Assembly: GCA_022710585.1 (NCBI GenBank)
Contig: JAKLGV010000005.1
Span: forward strand, 4,053-68,052
DNA: 64,000 nucleotides
Source: Deltaproteobacteria bacterium
GTDB lineage: Bacteria; Desulfobacterota; Syntrophia; Syntrophales; Smithellaceae
Direction of reading: 5' to 3'
Shown here: piece by piece, positions 9,517-18,796 of the stretch
Position numbering within the stretch: the first letter of the stretch is position 1
Layout of the letters: the number at the start of each line of letters is the position of its first letter
Position numbers and translations under genes: made by a program
Notes under the pieces: model-generated
The model's database searches: none
What the model saw: only the letters and a program-made list of their open reading frames with translations
Told to the model about the DNA's origin: nothing

Positions 9517-11202
9517 ATGGCCAATGAAGGAAACAAAGTCATTTACTCGATGATCGGCGTGAGTAAGATTTATGAAAAGAAGCCGGTGCTCAAGGACATT
9601 TACCTGTCTTACTTTTACGGCGCAAAGATCGGCGTCATCGGTTTGAACGGTTCCGGCAAAAGCTCTCTTTTGAAAATCCTGGCGGGAGTGGACGCTGAAT
9701 TCCTGGGCAAAACTATTCTTTCGCCCGGCTATACCGTCGGCTACCTGGAGCAGGAACCGCGTCTGGACGACAATAAAACGGTGCGGCAGATCGTGGAGCA
9801 GGGCGTGCAAAGCACGATGGATTTAATCCACGAGTATAATGAAATCAACGAGAAGTTTGCGGAGCCGATGTCTGACGACGAAATGGCCAAACTCTGCGAA
9901 AGGCAGGGCAATGTCCAGGAGAAACTCGATGCCCTGGATGCCTGGGACATCGATTCCCGTCTGGAAATGGCGATGGACGCGCTCCGCTGTCCGCCCGGTG
10001 ACACACTGGTGAAAGTGCTCTCCGGCGGCGAAAGACGCCGTGTGGCCTTGTGCCGTCTGCTTCTGCAAAAACCGGACATCCTTCTGCTGGATGAACCCAC
10101 CAACCATCTGGATGCGGAGTCTGTCGCCTGGCTGGAGCATCATTTGCAGAAATACGAAGGCACGATCATCGCCGTTACGCACGACCGCTATTTTCTGGAC
10201 AACGTGGCCGGCTGGATTCTGGAACTGGACCGCGGACAGGGCATCCCCTGGCAGGGCAACTATTCCTCGTGGCTGGAGCAGAAAAAAAACCGTCTGAAAA
10301 ATGAAGAGAAGGCTGAAAGCGACCGGATCAAAACACTGGAACGCGAGCTGGAATGGATTCGCATGTCGCCCAAAGGCCGTCATGCCAAATCCAAGGCGCG
10401 CATCAATGCTTACGAAGAGCTGCTGGGAAAAACCATGGAAAGGGAATCCGGTACACGCGAAATATTCATCGCGCCGGGACCGCGTCTGGGCGATCTGGTC
10501 ATTGAAACGAAAGATGTCAATAAAGGTTACGGCGACAAATTGCTGGTGGAGGGCATGACTTTTTCTCTGCCGCCCGGCGGAATAATCGGTGTCATAGGCC
10601 CCAACGGCGCGGGTAAAACAACACTGTTCAGAATGATCACGGGTCAGGAACAACCGGATTCCGGAGCCATCCGCATCGGCGATACGGTCAAACTGGCCTA
10701 TGTTGACCAGAGCCGCGACTCCTTAGATCCCAATAAAAATATCTGGGAAATGATTTCCGACGGACAGGATGTTATTCCCATTGGCAACCGCCAGATCAAT
10801 TCCCGTGCTTATGTATCGCGGTTTAATTTTTCGGGAACCGATCAGCAGAAAAAAGTGGGAACGCTCTCCGGAGGCGAACGCAACCGCGTTCATCTGGCGC
10901 GCATGCTCAAGGAAGGCGGCAATGTGCTGCTTCTCGACGAGCCGACCAACGATCTGGACGTAAACACACTGCGCGCGCTGGAAGATTCGCTGGAAAACTT
11001 TGCCGGCTGTGTCGTCGTTATCAGCCACGACCGCTGGTTTCTGGACAGAATCTGCACGCACATTCTGGCGTTCGAGGGAGAAAGCAAGGTTCTTTTCTTT
11101 GACGGCAACTATTCTGAATACGAGGAAGATTACAGGAAACGATTCGGTTCAGCAGCCAATCAGCCCCACCGCATAAAATACCGCCAGCTCACCCGCAGAT
11201 AA
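9517..11202 (+). CDS. ettA: ABC-F translational throttle protein EttA
   Basis: 561 aa. Two ABC cassettes (GLNGSGKS, GPNGAGKT, LSGGE x2) with the EttA-type N terminus and linker. Confidence 0.92.
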   Translation: MANEGNKVIYSMIGVSKIYEKKPVLKDIYLSYFYGAKIGVIGLNGSGKSSLLKILAGVDAEFLGKTILSPGYTVGYLEQEPRLDDNKTVRQIVEQGVQSTMDLIHEYNEINEKFAEPMSDDEMAKLCERQGNVQEKLDALDAWDIDSRLEMAMDALRCPPGDTLVKVLSGGERRRVALCRLLLQKPDILLLDEPTNHLDAESVAWLEHHLQKYEGTIIAVTHDRYFLDNVAGWILELDRGQGIPWQGNYSSWLEQKKNRLKNEEKAESDRIKTLERELEWIRMSPKGRHAKSKARINAYEELLGKTMERESGTREIFIAPGPRLGDLVIETKDVNKGYGDKLLVEGMTFSLPPGGIIGVIGPNGAGKTTLFRMITGQEQPDSGAIRIGDTVKLAYVDQSRDSLDPNKNIWEMISDGQDVIPIGNRQINSRAYVSRFNFSGTDQQKKVGTLSGGERNRVHLARMLKEGGNVLLLDEPTNDLDVNTLRALEDSLENFAGCVVVISHDRWFLDRICTHILAFEGESKVLFFDGNYSEYEEDYRKRFGSAANQPHRIKYRQLTRR

Positions 11203-11306
11203 AAAAAATTAGAAGGAGTGATTTTTTCATCATAAGCAAAATTGTTGAAGAAAATTTTTTTTCTTTCTGCTGTTACCTGGGCAGGCTGAATTCTTCATTC
11301 AAGCCC

Positions 11307-12005
11307 TTGGATTCAATTGTGGCAATGAGTACGGGCGTCCCTGTTTCTGATGTGAACTGGGTATGCCATGAAAAGCCGCTCAATGATAAAGTGTCCCCGG
11401 CAGTTGCAGCAATAAAAAATTATTATTCAAATTTAAACCTTCACTTCTGGTGGTGGGCTTATCCTGGCGCGCAATCTCCCGAAACGGACAGAATCTTAAA
11501 GACAGCGGGATTTCGTCAATACGTAAAAGTTTCCTGTATGGCTGCAGATCTGAGTAATTTGCTGGCAGATGATGCCGCATCGGATCATATCAGAATAGCT
11601 CCTGTAAAAAATCAATCCGACTTGTTGGAGTGGAAAAATGTTTCTTTTGAAGGTTTTGAAATGCCCGCGCGCGCCCAAGATCCATATGAAAAATTTGTTA
11701 CGTCTTTTGATTTGAGCACAAAAACTCAGCAAAGGCTTTTTATCGCTTATTTCGATGAAAAGCCTGTCGCGTCTTCGATGCTTTTTGTGCATCAAAAAAC
11801 GGCTGGAATATATTACGTATCAACCCTTCCATCTTATAGAAATAAAGGATGCGGTTTGAAGATAACACAGGCGACTATGAAGGAAGCAAAAAACTCGGGT
11901 TTTAAAAAGGTGGTTTTACAGGCAACACCGATGGGAATGCCTGTTTATCAGAGGGTCGGTTTCCGTGAATGCTGCCGGGCGCAAATTTACAGGCTTCAAA
12001 AATGA
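11307..12005 (+). CDS. GNAT family N-acetyltransferase (start uncertain, see findings)
   Basis: YRNKGCGLK...VYQRVGF acetyl-CoA binding motif A near the C terminus. Confidence 0.7.
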   Translation: MDSIVAMSTGVPVSDVNWVCHEKPLNDKVSPAVAAIKNYYSNLNLHFWWWAYPGAQSPETDRILKTAGFRQYVKVSCMAADLSNLLADDAASDHIRIAPVKNQSDLLEWKNVSFEGFEMPARAQDPYEKFVTSFDLSTKTQQRLFIAYFDEKPVASSMLFVHQKTAGIYYVSTLPSYRNKGCGLKITQATMKEAKNSGFKKVVLQATPMGMPVYQRVGFRECCRAQIYRLQK

Positions 12006-12201
12006 AACACTGTCCATCGCAGTGTCAAAATGTTGTTTATTATTCCTGTGAATCTGAAAATCTATCAAGCTATCAAAATTAAACAATATTTTATTGACAA
12101 ACAATATTTGATTATTATAGTAGTACCAAAATTTAAATTTGATGGTTTCAGACGCGTACAATATAATATTTATTAATTAAAACGGAGGTTTATAAGATAA
12201 A

Positions 12202-13662
12202 ATGGAAAATAAAAATCGTAAAACATTTTTTATGTTTCTCATGGCGTTTTTAATCGCATTTTTCATTGTTTCTTTTGTGGAGGTATTAAGATCATCTTTT
12301 CTTGCTTCAGGAGCGCCGGAAATTCCTGCCGCTGTTGCGGTAGAAGGAATAACACCAGGATCTTTTTCGGATCTGGCAGAACGGGTTAAGCCGGCTGTTG
12401 TAAACATCAGCACGACAAAAGTCTTGCAGGGGAGAAGTTTAGGTAATCCGTTCGGGCGCTCTCCATTTCACGATTACTTTGGAGACGATTTCTTTAATCG
12501 TTTTTTCGGTGATATTCCGGAACGGAATTTCAAGCAAAGAAGTTTAGGTTCGGGATTCATCATCAGCAATGACGGATATATTTTCACAAACAATCATGTA
12601 GTTGAAAATACTGATAAAATTCTTGTAAAAATTTCTGACGGTAAAGAATACGAAGCAAAAATTATCGGCACCGATCCAAAGACGGATATTGCTTTAATCA
12701 AAATCAAACCGGATAATGGTCTTCCGACGGTTGAAATTGGTGATTCAGAAATATTGAGAGTCGGGGAGTGGGTCATTGCCATTGGCAATCCATTTGGTCT
12801 GGAGCAAACGGTTACGGCCGGCATTGTCAGCGCAAAAGGGCGTGTAATTGGGGCGGGAACCTATGATAATTTTATTCAAACCGATGCGTCAATTAATCCG
12901 GGAAACAGTGGCGGCCCTTTGTTTAATATGCAGGGCAAAGTGATTGGCATTAATACAGCAATTGTGGCTCAGGGACAGGGTATCGGATTCGCGATCCCGA
13001 TCAATATGGCTAAAAATATTCTGGATGACCTGAAAACAAAAGGGAAGGTAACGCGTGGCTGGCTTGGAATTTCAATTCAGGATATGTCTGAAGATATCGC
13101 CAAGAGTATGAATTTCAAGAGCAAAGAAGGTGTACTGGTCACAGATGTTTTTAAAGATGATCCGGCAGATAAAGCCGGTATAAAGGTTGGAGATGTCATT
13201 ACTGAAATAAACGGGAAGGCGATTAAAAGTACCCATGATTTACTTTTGACAACAGCGGCGCTTCACGTAGGTGAAAAAGCGGCCATAAAAGTCTTGCGCG
13301 ATGGCAAAGAAATATCTTTAAAAGCCGTTGTTGCTGAGCGGACGGATAAAACTGAAATGGCTCTTGCAAAGAAATCGCAAACATATTTTGGTATCAGTGT
13401 TCAGGAAATAACAAAGGATCTCGCCAAACAATTGGATGTAGCTCAAGGAGTTGGATTGATAGTAACTGATGTAGAAGATGGAAGCCCGGCAGAAAATGTT
13501 GGCATTCAGCCCCGTGACATCATTATTAAGGTCAATAAAGTTAAGGTAGCGACATTAAAACAGTATATGACAGAAATGTCAAAAGCTCAGGAAAAGAAAA
13601 GCGTTATCCTGCTTATCAAACGGGGAAACTCTAATTTCTTTATTGGATTGCATTTAGAGTAA
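12202..13662 (+). CDS. htrA: Periplasmic serine endoprotease, DegP/HtrA family, with two PDZ domains
   Basis: Signal anchor and catalytic triad contexts TNNHVV, DIALIK, GNSGGPL. Two PDZ-like segments. Confidence 0.9.
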   Translation: MENKNRKTFFMFLMAFLIAFFIVSFVEVLRSSFLASGAPEIPAAVAVEGITPGSFSDLAERVKPAVVNISTTKVLQGRSLGNPFGRSPFHDYFGDDFFNRFFGDIPERNFKQRSLGSGFIISNDGYIFTNNHVVENTDKILVKISDGKEYEAKIIGTDPKTDIALIKIKPDNGLPTVEIGDSEILRVGEWVIAIGNPFGLEQTVTAGIVSAKGRVIGAGTYDNFIQTDASINPGNSGGPLFNMQGKVIGINTAIVAQGQGIGFAIPINMAKNILDDLKTKGKVTRGWLGISIQDMSEDIAKSMNFKSKEGVLVTDVFKDDPADKAGIKVGDVITEINGKAIKSTHDLLLTTAALHVGEKAAIKVLRDGKEISLKAVVAERTDKTEMALAKKSQTYFGISVQEITKDLAKQLDVAQGVGLIVTDVEDGSPAENVGIQPRDIIIKVNKVKVATLKQYMTEMSKAQEKKSVILLIKRGNSNFFIGLHLE

Positions 13663-13675
13663 TTTAATACTTAAA

Positions 13676-13710
13676 ATTAAAAAGGCAGGCTTGCAAAAGT
13701 CTGCCTTTTT
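13676..13710. terminator. Bidirectional intrinsic terminator
   Basis: aaaaaggcag...ctgccttttt hairpin flanked by an A-run and a T-run, between convergent htrA and the acyl-CoA synthetase gene. Confidence 0.65.
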
Positions 13711-13727
13711 AATTTGTTCAATCTTGT

Positions 13728-13761
13728 CTCTCAAAATGTTTCACGTGAAACATTTTGAGAG
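13728..13761. repeat. Perfect 34-nt palindrome (17-bp arms, no spacer)
   Basis: ctctcaaaatgtttcac|gtgaaacattttgagag, verified base by base. No adjacent U-run on either strand. Confidence 0.8.
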
Positions 13762-13768
13762 GCTGCGA

Positions 13769-15946
13769 TCAACCATTCAGCCATTTTGAATACTGATACA
13801 TTTTGGCCAGGGCTTTAACCGCTTTCTCGGGAGTTATAAAGTTGACGCCTTTATACTGACAACCATTGACATCTTTTATTGTCTGAGTTTTATCATCACT
13901 CAAGAGATAAACCCCGATGATCGGCTTATTGTATTTTTCCATCAAGCGGACAGTTTGTTCAATGGTCTGTTTTTCAAAATCGTCAGTGTATTGTAAAGCA
14001 CCTTCTACAAAGGTGGAATCGTACTGACTGTTAACTGTTGCAGTGGATTCCATAATGGATTGTATCATTACCTTTCTTCCAATAAGCCCCATGTGAATGA
14101 TCGCGTCACATCCCGACCAAAGACTAAGCTCTTCCAGAATTTTCATGTATGTTTCTGTTTTCATGTCGCCAACCACATCAATTGGATTGGCATGACTCCA
14201 GAAAGGCGGCAGTAATTGATTAATCTTGGAAATTACTTCCTCTGAAAGCCTAGGCACATTCAAACCATTTTCCTCGCATAAATCGGAGGCCACAACACCC
14301 CATCCTCCGCCCAGCGTCAAAAGAGCGACATTTCCTCCCTTGGGCAAAGGCAAAGATGAAAACGCAGCCGACAGATCCAGCAATTCCATGGGATTCCTGG
14401 CCTGCACGATTCCGGCCTGTCGGCAGGCAGCCATAAATACTTTGATATCAGAAGCCATGGCTCCGGTATGGCTGGCTGCGGCGCTGGAACCAGCCTTCGT
14501 GCGACCTCCTTTTAAAACAATAACCGGCTTATGTTTACCAATACGCCTGGCCGTTTCGAAAAATCTTCGGCCATGTTTAATGCTTTCTATATACAGGACA
14601 ACGTTTTTTGTTTTTTCATCAACCTCAAATCCATCCATATAATCTTCGATGGTAACCATCGCTTCATTTCCGGAACCGCAATACGCTCTGATTCCGATAT
14701 CCTCTTTTGCCGCGAAAGCGAGCAATTGTGTTCCGAGATTACCGGACTGAGCGAGCAATGAAGTTCCTCCGGAAGGAGGACGAACATGGGAACCGATGCA
14801 ATACAACGATATGTGTGGATTACATATGCCCATCGTATTGGGGCCGATAATCAATATTCCCGCCCCCTGCGCTTTTTTGACCAGTTCTTCCTCTAAAATC
14901 TTTCCCTCAGCGCCCACTTCACTGAAGCCCGAAGTAATTATTAAAACGTTCTTGATTCCTTTTTTTTCAAATTGAGGTATGAGCGCTAAGATTTTATCAG
15001 CGGGAACCGTAACCACCGCAAGATCTACAGGATCAGGAATTTCCGTGACCGACGTATAAACCTTTCTGCCGGCGATTTCTTCCCCGGTGGCATTGACCAG
15101 ATAGATTGCTCCCTGATATTTTCCGGCGACAACGCCCGAATACATGATATGACCCCACTTGGTGATATTCGATGAGGCTCCTATAAAGGCAATTGATCGG
15201 GGATGAAATAATTTCCAGATGTGTTTTAAATCAACTTTACGGGCTGAATCTATTTTATCAGAGGCTTCCCCTAAAACAATTAATGCGTCAACCGCTGTAA
15301 TCTTGCCGTCAGCAGTAACCAGCAGCGGGTTAATATCTATTTCCTTGATTTCCGGTCTTTCCAAACCTATTCGTGATAATCCGACAAGAGTATTAACAAG
15401 AGCTTCTTTATCCGGCGCGCATTCTCCCCTGAAATCACCCAACAGTTTCTGGGAGTTCAACTCATCGATCATTTTGAGCGCTTCTTTTTTATCTATCGGA
15501 GCGACCCTGAAAACAACGTCACCAATGGCCTCTGTAAAGATACCTCCCAGACCAAACATTACAGTAGGACCAAAATGTTCATCATGGAAAAGTCCGGCAA
15601 CAAACTCCCTTTTTCCTTCCAGCATCGGTTGAATCAAAAATCCTTCCAGGTCATTGCCTGCTTCTTCCTTTATATATAGTGCTGCGGAGCGAACATCTTT
15701 GCTGCTTGTGAGATTGAGTTTTACCAAACCTCTTTCCGTTTTATGTGTAAGTTTTGAACCCAATCCTTTCATAACGACAGGATAACCTATTTTATCAGCG
15801 GCATAGACTGCTTCTTCTATTGTTTTAACGACTGTTTCCGCCACCACCGGAATACCGTATTCCTTCAATACTGCCTTGGATTCAGCTTCCGTCAAAGTAG
15901 TTCTCTGTTCAGCTTTTGCTTTTTCTACGATCTGTATTTTGGCCAT
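13769..15946 (-). CDS. ADP-forming (NDP-forming) acyl/acetyl-CoA synthetase, fused ATP-grasp plus CoA-binding/ligase domains
   Basis: 725 aa. N-terminal ATP-grasp (LTEAESKAVLKEYGIPV), then CoA-binding (PRSIAFIGAS) and succinyl-CoA-synthetase-like flavodoxin domains. Confidence 0.85.
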   Translation of the reverse strand: MAKIQIVEKAKAEQRTTLTEAESKAVLKEYGIPVVAETVVKTIEEAVYAADKIGYPVVMKGLGSKLTHKTERGLVKLNLTSSKDVRSAALYIKEEAGNDLEGFLIQPMLEGKREFVAGLFHDEHFGPTVMFGLGGIFTEAIGDVVFRVAPIDKKEALKMIDELNSQKLLGDFRGECAPDKEALVNTLVGLSRIGLERPEIKEIDINPLLVTADGKITAVDALIVLGEASDKIDSARKVDLKHIWKLFHPRSIAFIGASSNITKWGHIMYSGVVAGKYQGAIYLVNATGEEIAGRKVYTSVTEIPDPVDLAVVTVPADKILALIPQFEKKGIKNVLIITSGFSEVGAEGKILEEELVKKAQGAGILIIGPNTMGICNPHISLYCIGSHVRPPSGGTSLLAQSGNLGTQLLAFAAKEDIGIRAYCGSGNEAMVTIEDYMDGFEVDEKTKNVVLYIESIKHGRRFFETARRIGKHKPVIVLKGGRTKAGSSAAASHTGAMASDIKVFMAACRQAGIVQARNPMELLDLSAAFSSLPLPKGGNVALLTLGGGWGVVASDLCEENGLNVPRLSEEVISKINQLLPPFWSHANPIDVVGDMKTETYMKILEELSLWSGCDAIIHMGLIGRKVMIQSIMESTATVNSQYDSTFVEGALQYTDDFEKQTIEQTVRLMEKYNKPIIGVYLLSDDKTQTIKDVNGCQYKGVNFITPEKAVKALAKMYQYSKWLNG

Positions 15947-15999
15947 TTTTTCTCCCTACCGTAACATTGATTTCAAAGATCCTCTTTTACTCTATAAAA

Positions 16000-16611
16000 T
16001 TATGTCTTCACAGATGATACGACTTTCCAGAAAAAATCAAAAAAGCTGTTGATGTTATCGGCAAGTTTCCATTTCATCCCGTGGGCGTACCAATTTTGAA
16101 TATGTCTCTGAGTAATCATCATATAAAGATCAACAAAGTAATGGTTTTCAAGCTCAGAAAGAACCGCTCCACGTTTTCTTGCTTTCTCAACAACTTCACT
16201 TAATATGTCTACTTCCGTTTCTCTTTTATAGGATTTACTGGCCATAAAGCTCTTGGAAGGAACCGTTATAAATGCCGTAACGGCTAAATCAGGATTATTG
16301 TCAAAAAAATTCATGGTCACCCAGAAAAGTTTTCTGAACATTTCACGGATATCTTCCGTGCCCGCAAGATGCATCCGTAATAATGATGCCAGATCGAGTA
16401 ATTTTTCATCAATAATGGAAAAAAGCAGATCTTCCTTGGAAGAAAAATATTTATAAATGGTGCCTGTGCTGATTCCACTCTCTCCGGAGATGTCACGAAT
16501 ATTGACGGCGTGAAAATCTTTTCCGGAAAATTGCCTTAACACCACCGGGTATAAGCGATCTTTCAGTTTCGAAGGCATTATCGGTTTTTCCATAGCCATC
16601 CTACCGATCAC
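16000..16611 (-). CDS. TetR family transcriptional regulator
   Basis: HTH segment IRDISGESGISTGTIYKYFSSKEDLL. The GTG start at 16611 is uncertain; ATG alternatives lie at 16599 and 16593. Confidence 0.85.
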   Translation of the reverse strand: MIGRMAMEKPIMPSKLKDRLYPVVLRQFSGKDFHAVNIRDISGESGISTGTIYKYFSSKEDLLFSIIDEKLLDLASLLRMHLAGTEDIREMFRKLFWVTMNFFDNNPDLAVTAFITVPSKSFMASKSYKRETEVDILSEVVEKARKRGAVLSELENHYFVDLYMMITQRHIQNWYAHGMKWKLADNINSFFDFFWKVVSSVKT

Positions 16612-16637
16612 AAATTTTAATGTGGAAATAAAATATA

Positions 16638-16679
16638 AAACAATGTTTCAAATGTCAAGCAGATAATGAAACATTGTTT
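16638..16679. promoter_or_regulatory. 13-nt perfect inverted repeat in the divergent TetR/permease promoter region (candidate TetR operator)
   Basis: aaacaatgtttca (16638-16650) and tgaaacattgttt (16667-16679), with a 16-nt spacer. Confidence 0.45.
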
Positions 16680-16830
16680 CTTTAAATGATAATATGATAA
16701 TGATATCAATATAATGAAGATTAACATTTTTTCTGCCATGTGAATAAATATTTTATGCTTGACGAAAATATCAACCAGTAATAATGTTTTACCCGCCACT
16801 GAATCGTCTGTGAAACAATAGTAATCGCCT

Positions 16831-18105
16831 ATGAGTATTTCAATTATTACACTTGTTGTCGTTTTTTTTCTTATCGCCATCAGACAAATTGGAAACATAA
16901 AGCTGAAAATCTGGCAGATTATGCTGGGCGGCGCGGTATTTGTGATTCTTGCGGGAGAAATTACACCACGCCAGGCGTTTCAGGCGATAAATTTCGATGT
17001 GATTTTTTTTCTATTTGGAATGTTTATTATCGGACAGGCGATAGAAGATTCCGGCTATTTAACGCATCTCTGCTATAAATTTTTCGGAAAGGTCAAGTCC
17101 GTTGATCAATTGATTCTGGCCATTCTTTTCACCATGGGCGCCGGCTCCGCCATTCTGATGAATGACACGCTGGCCATTATTGGCACACCGATTATGATTC
17201 TGCTGGCAAAAAGAAATATGATTTCGGCTAAGCTTCTGCTGCTTTGTCTGGCGTTTGCCATCACAATCGGCAGCGTCACAAGCCCCATCGGCAACCCACA
17301 GAATCTCCTGATTGCGATGGGTGGCAATATCGAAAACCCCTTCATCGTTTTCACAAAATATCTGTTTATCCCGACAATTTTAAATCTTCTGTTCACCTAT
17401 TATCTCTTGAAGTTTTTTTACAAAAAAGATTTTCTCATAAAAAATCTCCAGGCGGGCGATGTCGAGATCACCCATCACCGGCTTTCCAGCGTTGCCAGAA
17501 TGTCCTTAATCCTGGTAATTGGTCTTATCCTCTTGAAAGTCGCTCTGGCGCTGTTGAATTTCTTCACCGATGTGAAATTTGATTTTAAGCTGACTTATAT
17601 TGCTCTTATCGGCTGTTCACCAATATTATTTTACCGATTTATGTCTAAAAAGAAAAAATACAGGTTTCATATATTAAGGAAGATAGATTGGTTTACAATT
17701 ATTTTTTTTGCATCCATGTTTGTCCTGATGCAAAGCGTCTGGACATCAGGCTTTTTTCAAAATGTCTTTTCCAGACTATCTCTGGATATGAAAAGCCTTT
17801 CCGTAATTATGATTCTATCCGTCAGCGTCAGCCAATTGATCTCTAATGTACCGATGGTCGCGTTGTTCCTGCCGCTTATTTCGTCTTCCGGAGCCGGTCA
17901 TCTTGAATTAATGGCCTTGGCAGCCGGTTCTACAATCGCGGGAAATCTTTTTATTCTTGGCGCGGCCAGCAACGTCATCATCATTCAGCACGCTGAAAAA
18001 GAAAAAAACGGCGAGACCATTACCTTTCTGGAATTCGCAAAAATCGGAATGCCCCTAACAGCGTTGAATGTTCTGGTTCATCTGCTGTTTTTCTGGATAT
18101 TCTAG
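16831..18105 (+). CDS. ArsB/NhaD-superfamily (SLC13/CitMHS-like) anion permease
   Basis: About 12 TM segments. GSVTSPIGNPQNLLIA and GSTIAGNLFILGAASNVII repeats are typical of this permease fold. Confidence 0.75.
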   Translation: MSISIITLVVVFFLIAIRQIGNIKLKIWQIMLGGAVFVILAGEITPRQAFQAINFDVIFFLFGMFIIGQAIEDSGYLTHLCYKFFGKVKSVDQLILAILFTMGAGSAILMNDTLAIIGTPIMILLAKRNMISAKLLLLCLAFAITIGSVTSPIGNPQNLLIAMGGNIENPFIVFTKYLFIPTILNLLFTYYLLKFFYKKDFLIKNLQAGDVEITHHRLSSVARMSLILVIGLILLKVALALLNFFTDVKFDFKLTYIALIGCSPILFYRFMSKKKKYRFHILRKIDWFTIIFFASMFVLMQSVWTSGFFQNVFSRLSLDMKSLSVIMILSVSVSQLISNVPMVALFLPLISSSGAGHLELMALAAGSTIAGNLFILGAASNVIIIQHAEKEKNGETITFLEFAKIGMPLTALNVLVHLLFFWIF

Positions 18106-18144
18106 TAATAAGCTTTTACGCGATAGGGTAGATTGTATGAATAA

Positions 18145-18546
18145 TTATTTTTTCTTTTTATTCTTCTCTATAACTTCATTCACACAAATGCCCCTGGCCC
18201 TCACGGTCAGATCGATGGCCTTCTTTTCGACGTCAGTGTACTGGCTGTAATTCAAATCTTCCTTTTTGGTGGTAACAATGGCGATATAATTTTCAAAAGA
18301 ACTTAAAACAGGCAGATTTTTACATAGGCATTGACAGAAAGCATCGTCACCAAATGACAGCATGCATTTTAAATACTTTTCTTTCAGAAGTGAATCGGCA
18401 AGTTCTTGAAGCTTCTCGCTCTTCTCGACGGAACTGGCCTGTTTCTTTACATCATTGGCTTTCTTAACCGTAGATTTCGTCCCATCCGCATATGATATGA
18501 ACGGAAAAATAAACAGCATCACCAACATTATTCTTAATATTTTCAT
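18145..18546 (-). CDS. Hypothetical exported protein
   Basis: Signal peptide MKILRIMLVMLFIFPFISYADG. Lys-rich, 5 Cys, no family recognised. Confidence 0.5.
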   Translation of the reverse strand: MKILRIMLVMLFIFPFISYADGTKSTVKKANDVKKQASSVEKSEKLQELADSLLKEKYLKCMLSFGDDAFCQCLCKNLPVLSSFENYIAIVTTKKEDLNYSQYTDVEKKAIDLTVRARGICVNEVIEKNKKKK

Positions 18547-18796
18547 TATACCCTCCTTAATTTTATGGTCATTGAAATATGGGCTTCATACTCTAAAATA
18601 TCGAAACAATCAATCTTTAAGGAACGGCTTGGATTTACTTTCAGACATGTTTTTAATGCTCATCAAATAAGGCAAGAATGACGTTCTCAGTCATTGCAGC
18701 ACGCCCGATTATCTCCACTATTTGTTAACGGCCTCTTGATATTTCTTCTATTTTAAGTTATCAGTGCGGCACATCACTTGAAGAGGAAAAATTCAG

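Noticed and set aside
9823-10653. 276-aa antisense ORF inside ettA
   Set aside because: This is a shadow ORF on the opposite strand of a strongly recognisable conserved gene. It has low-complexity Arg/Gln/Phe-rich composition.
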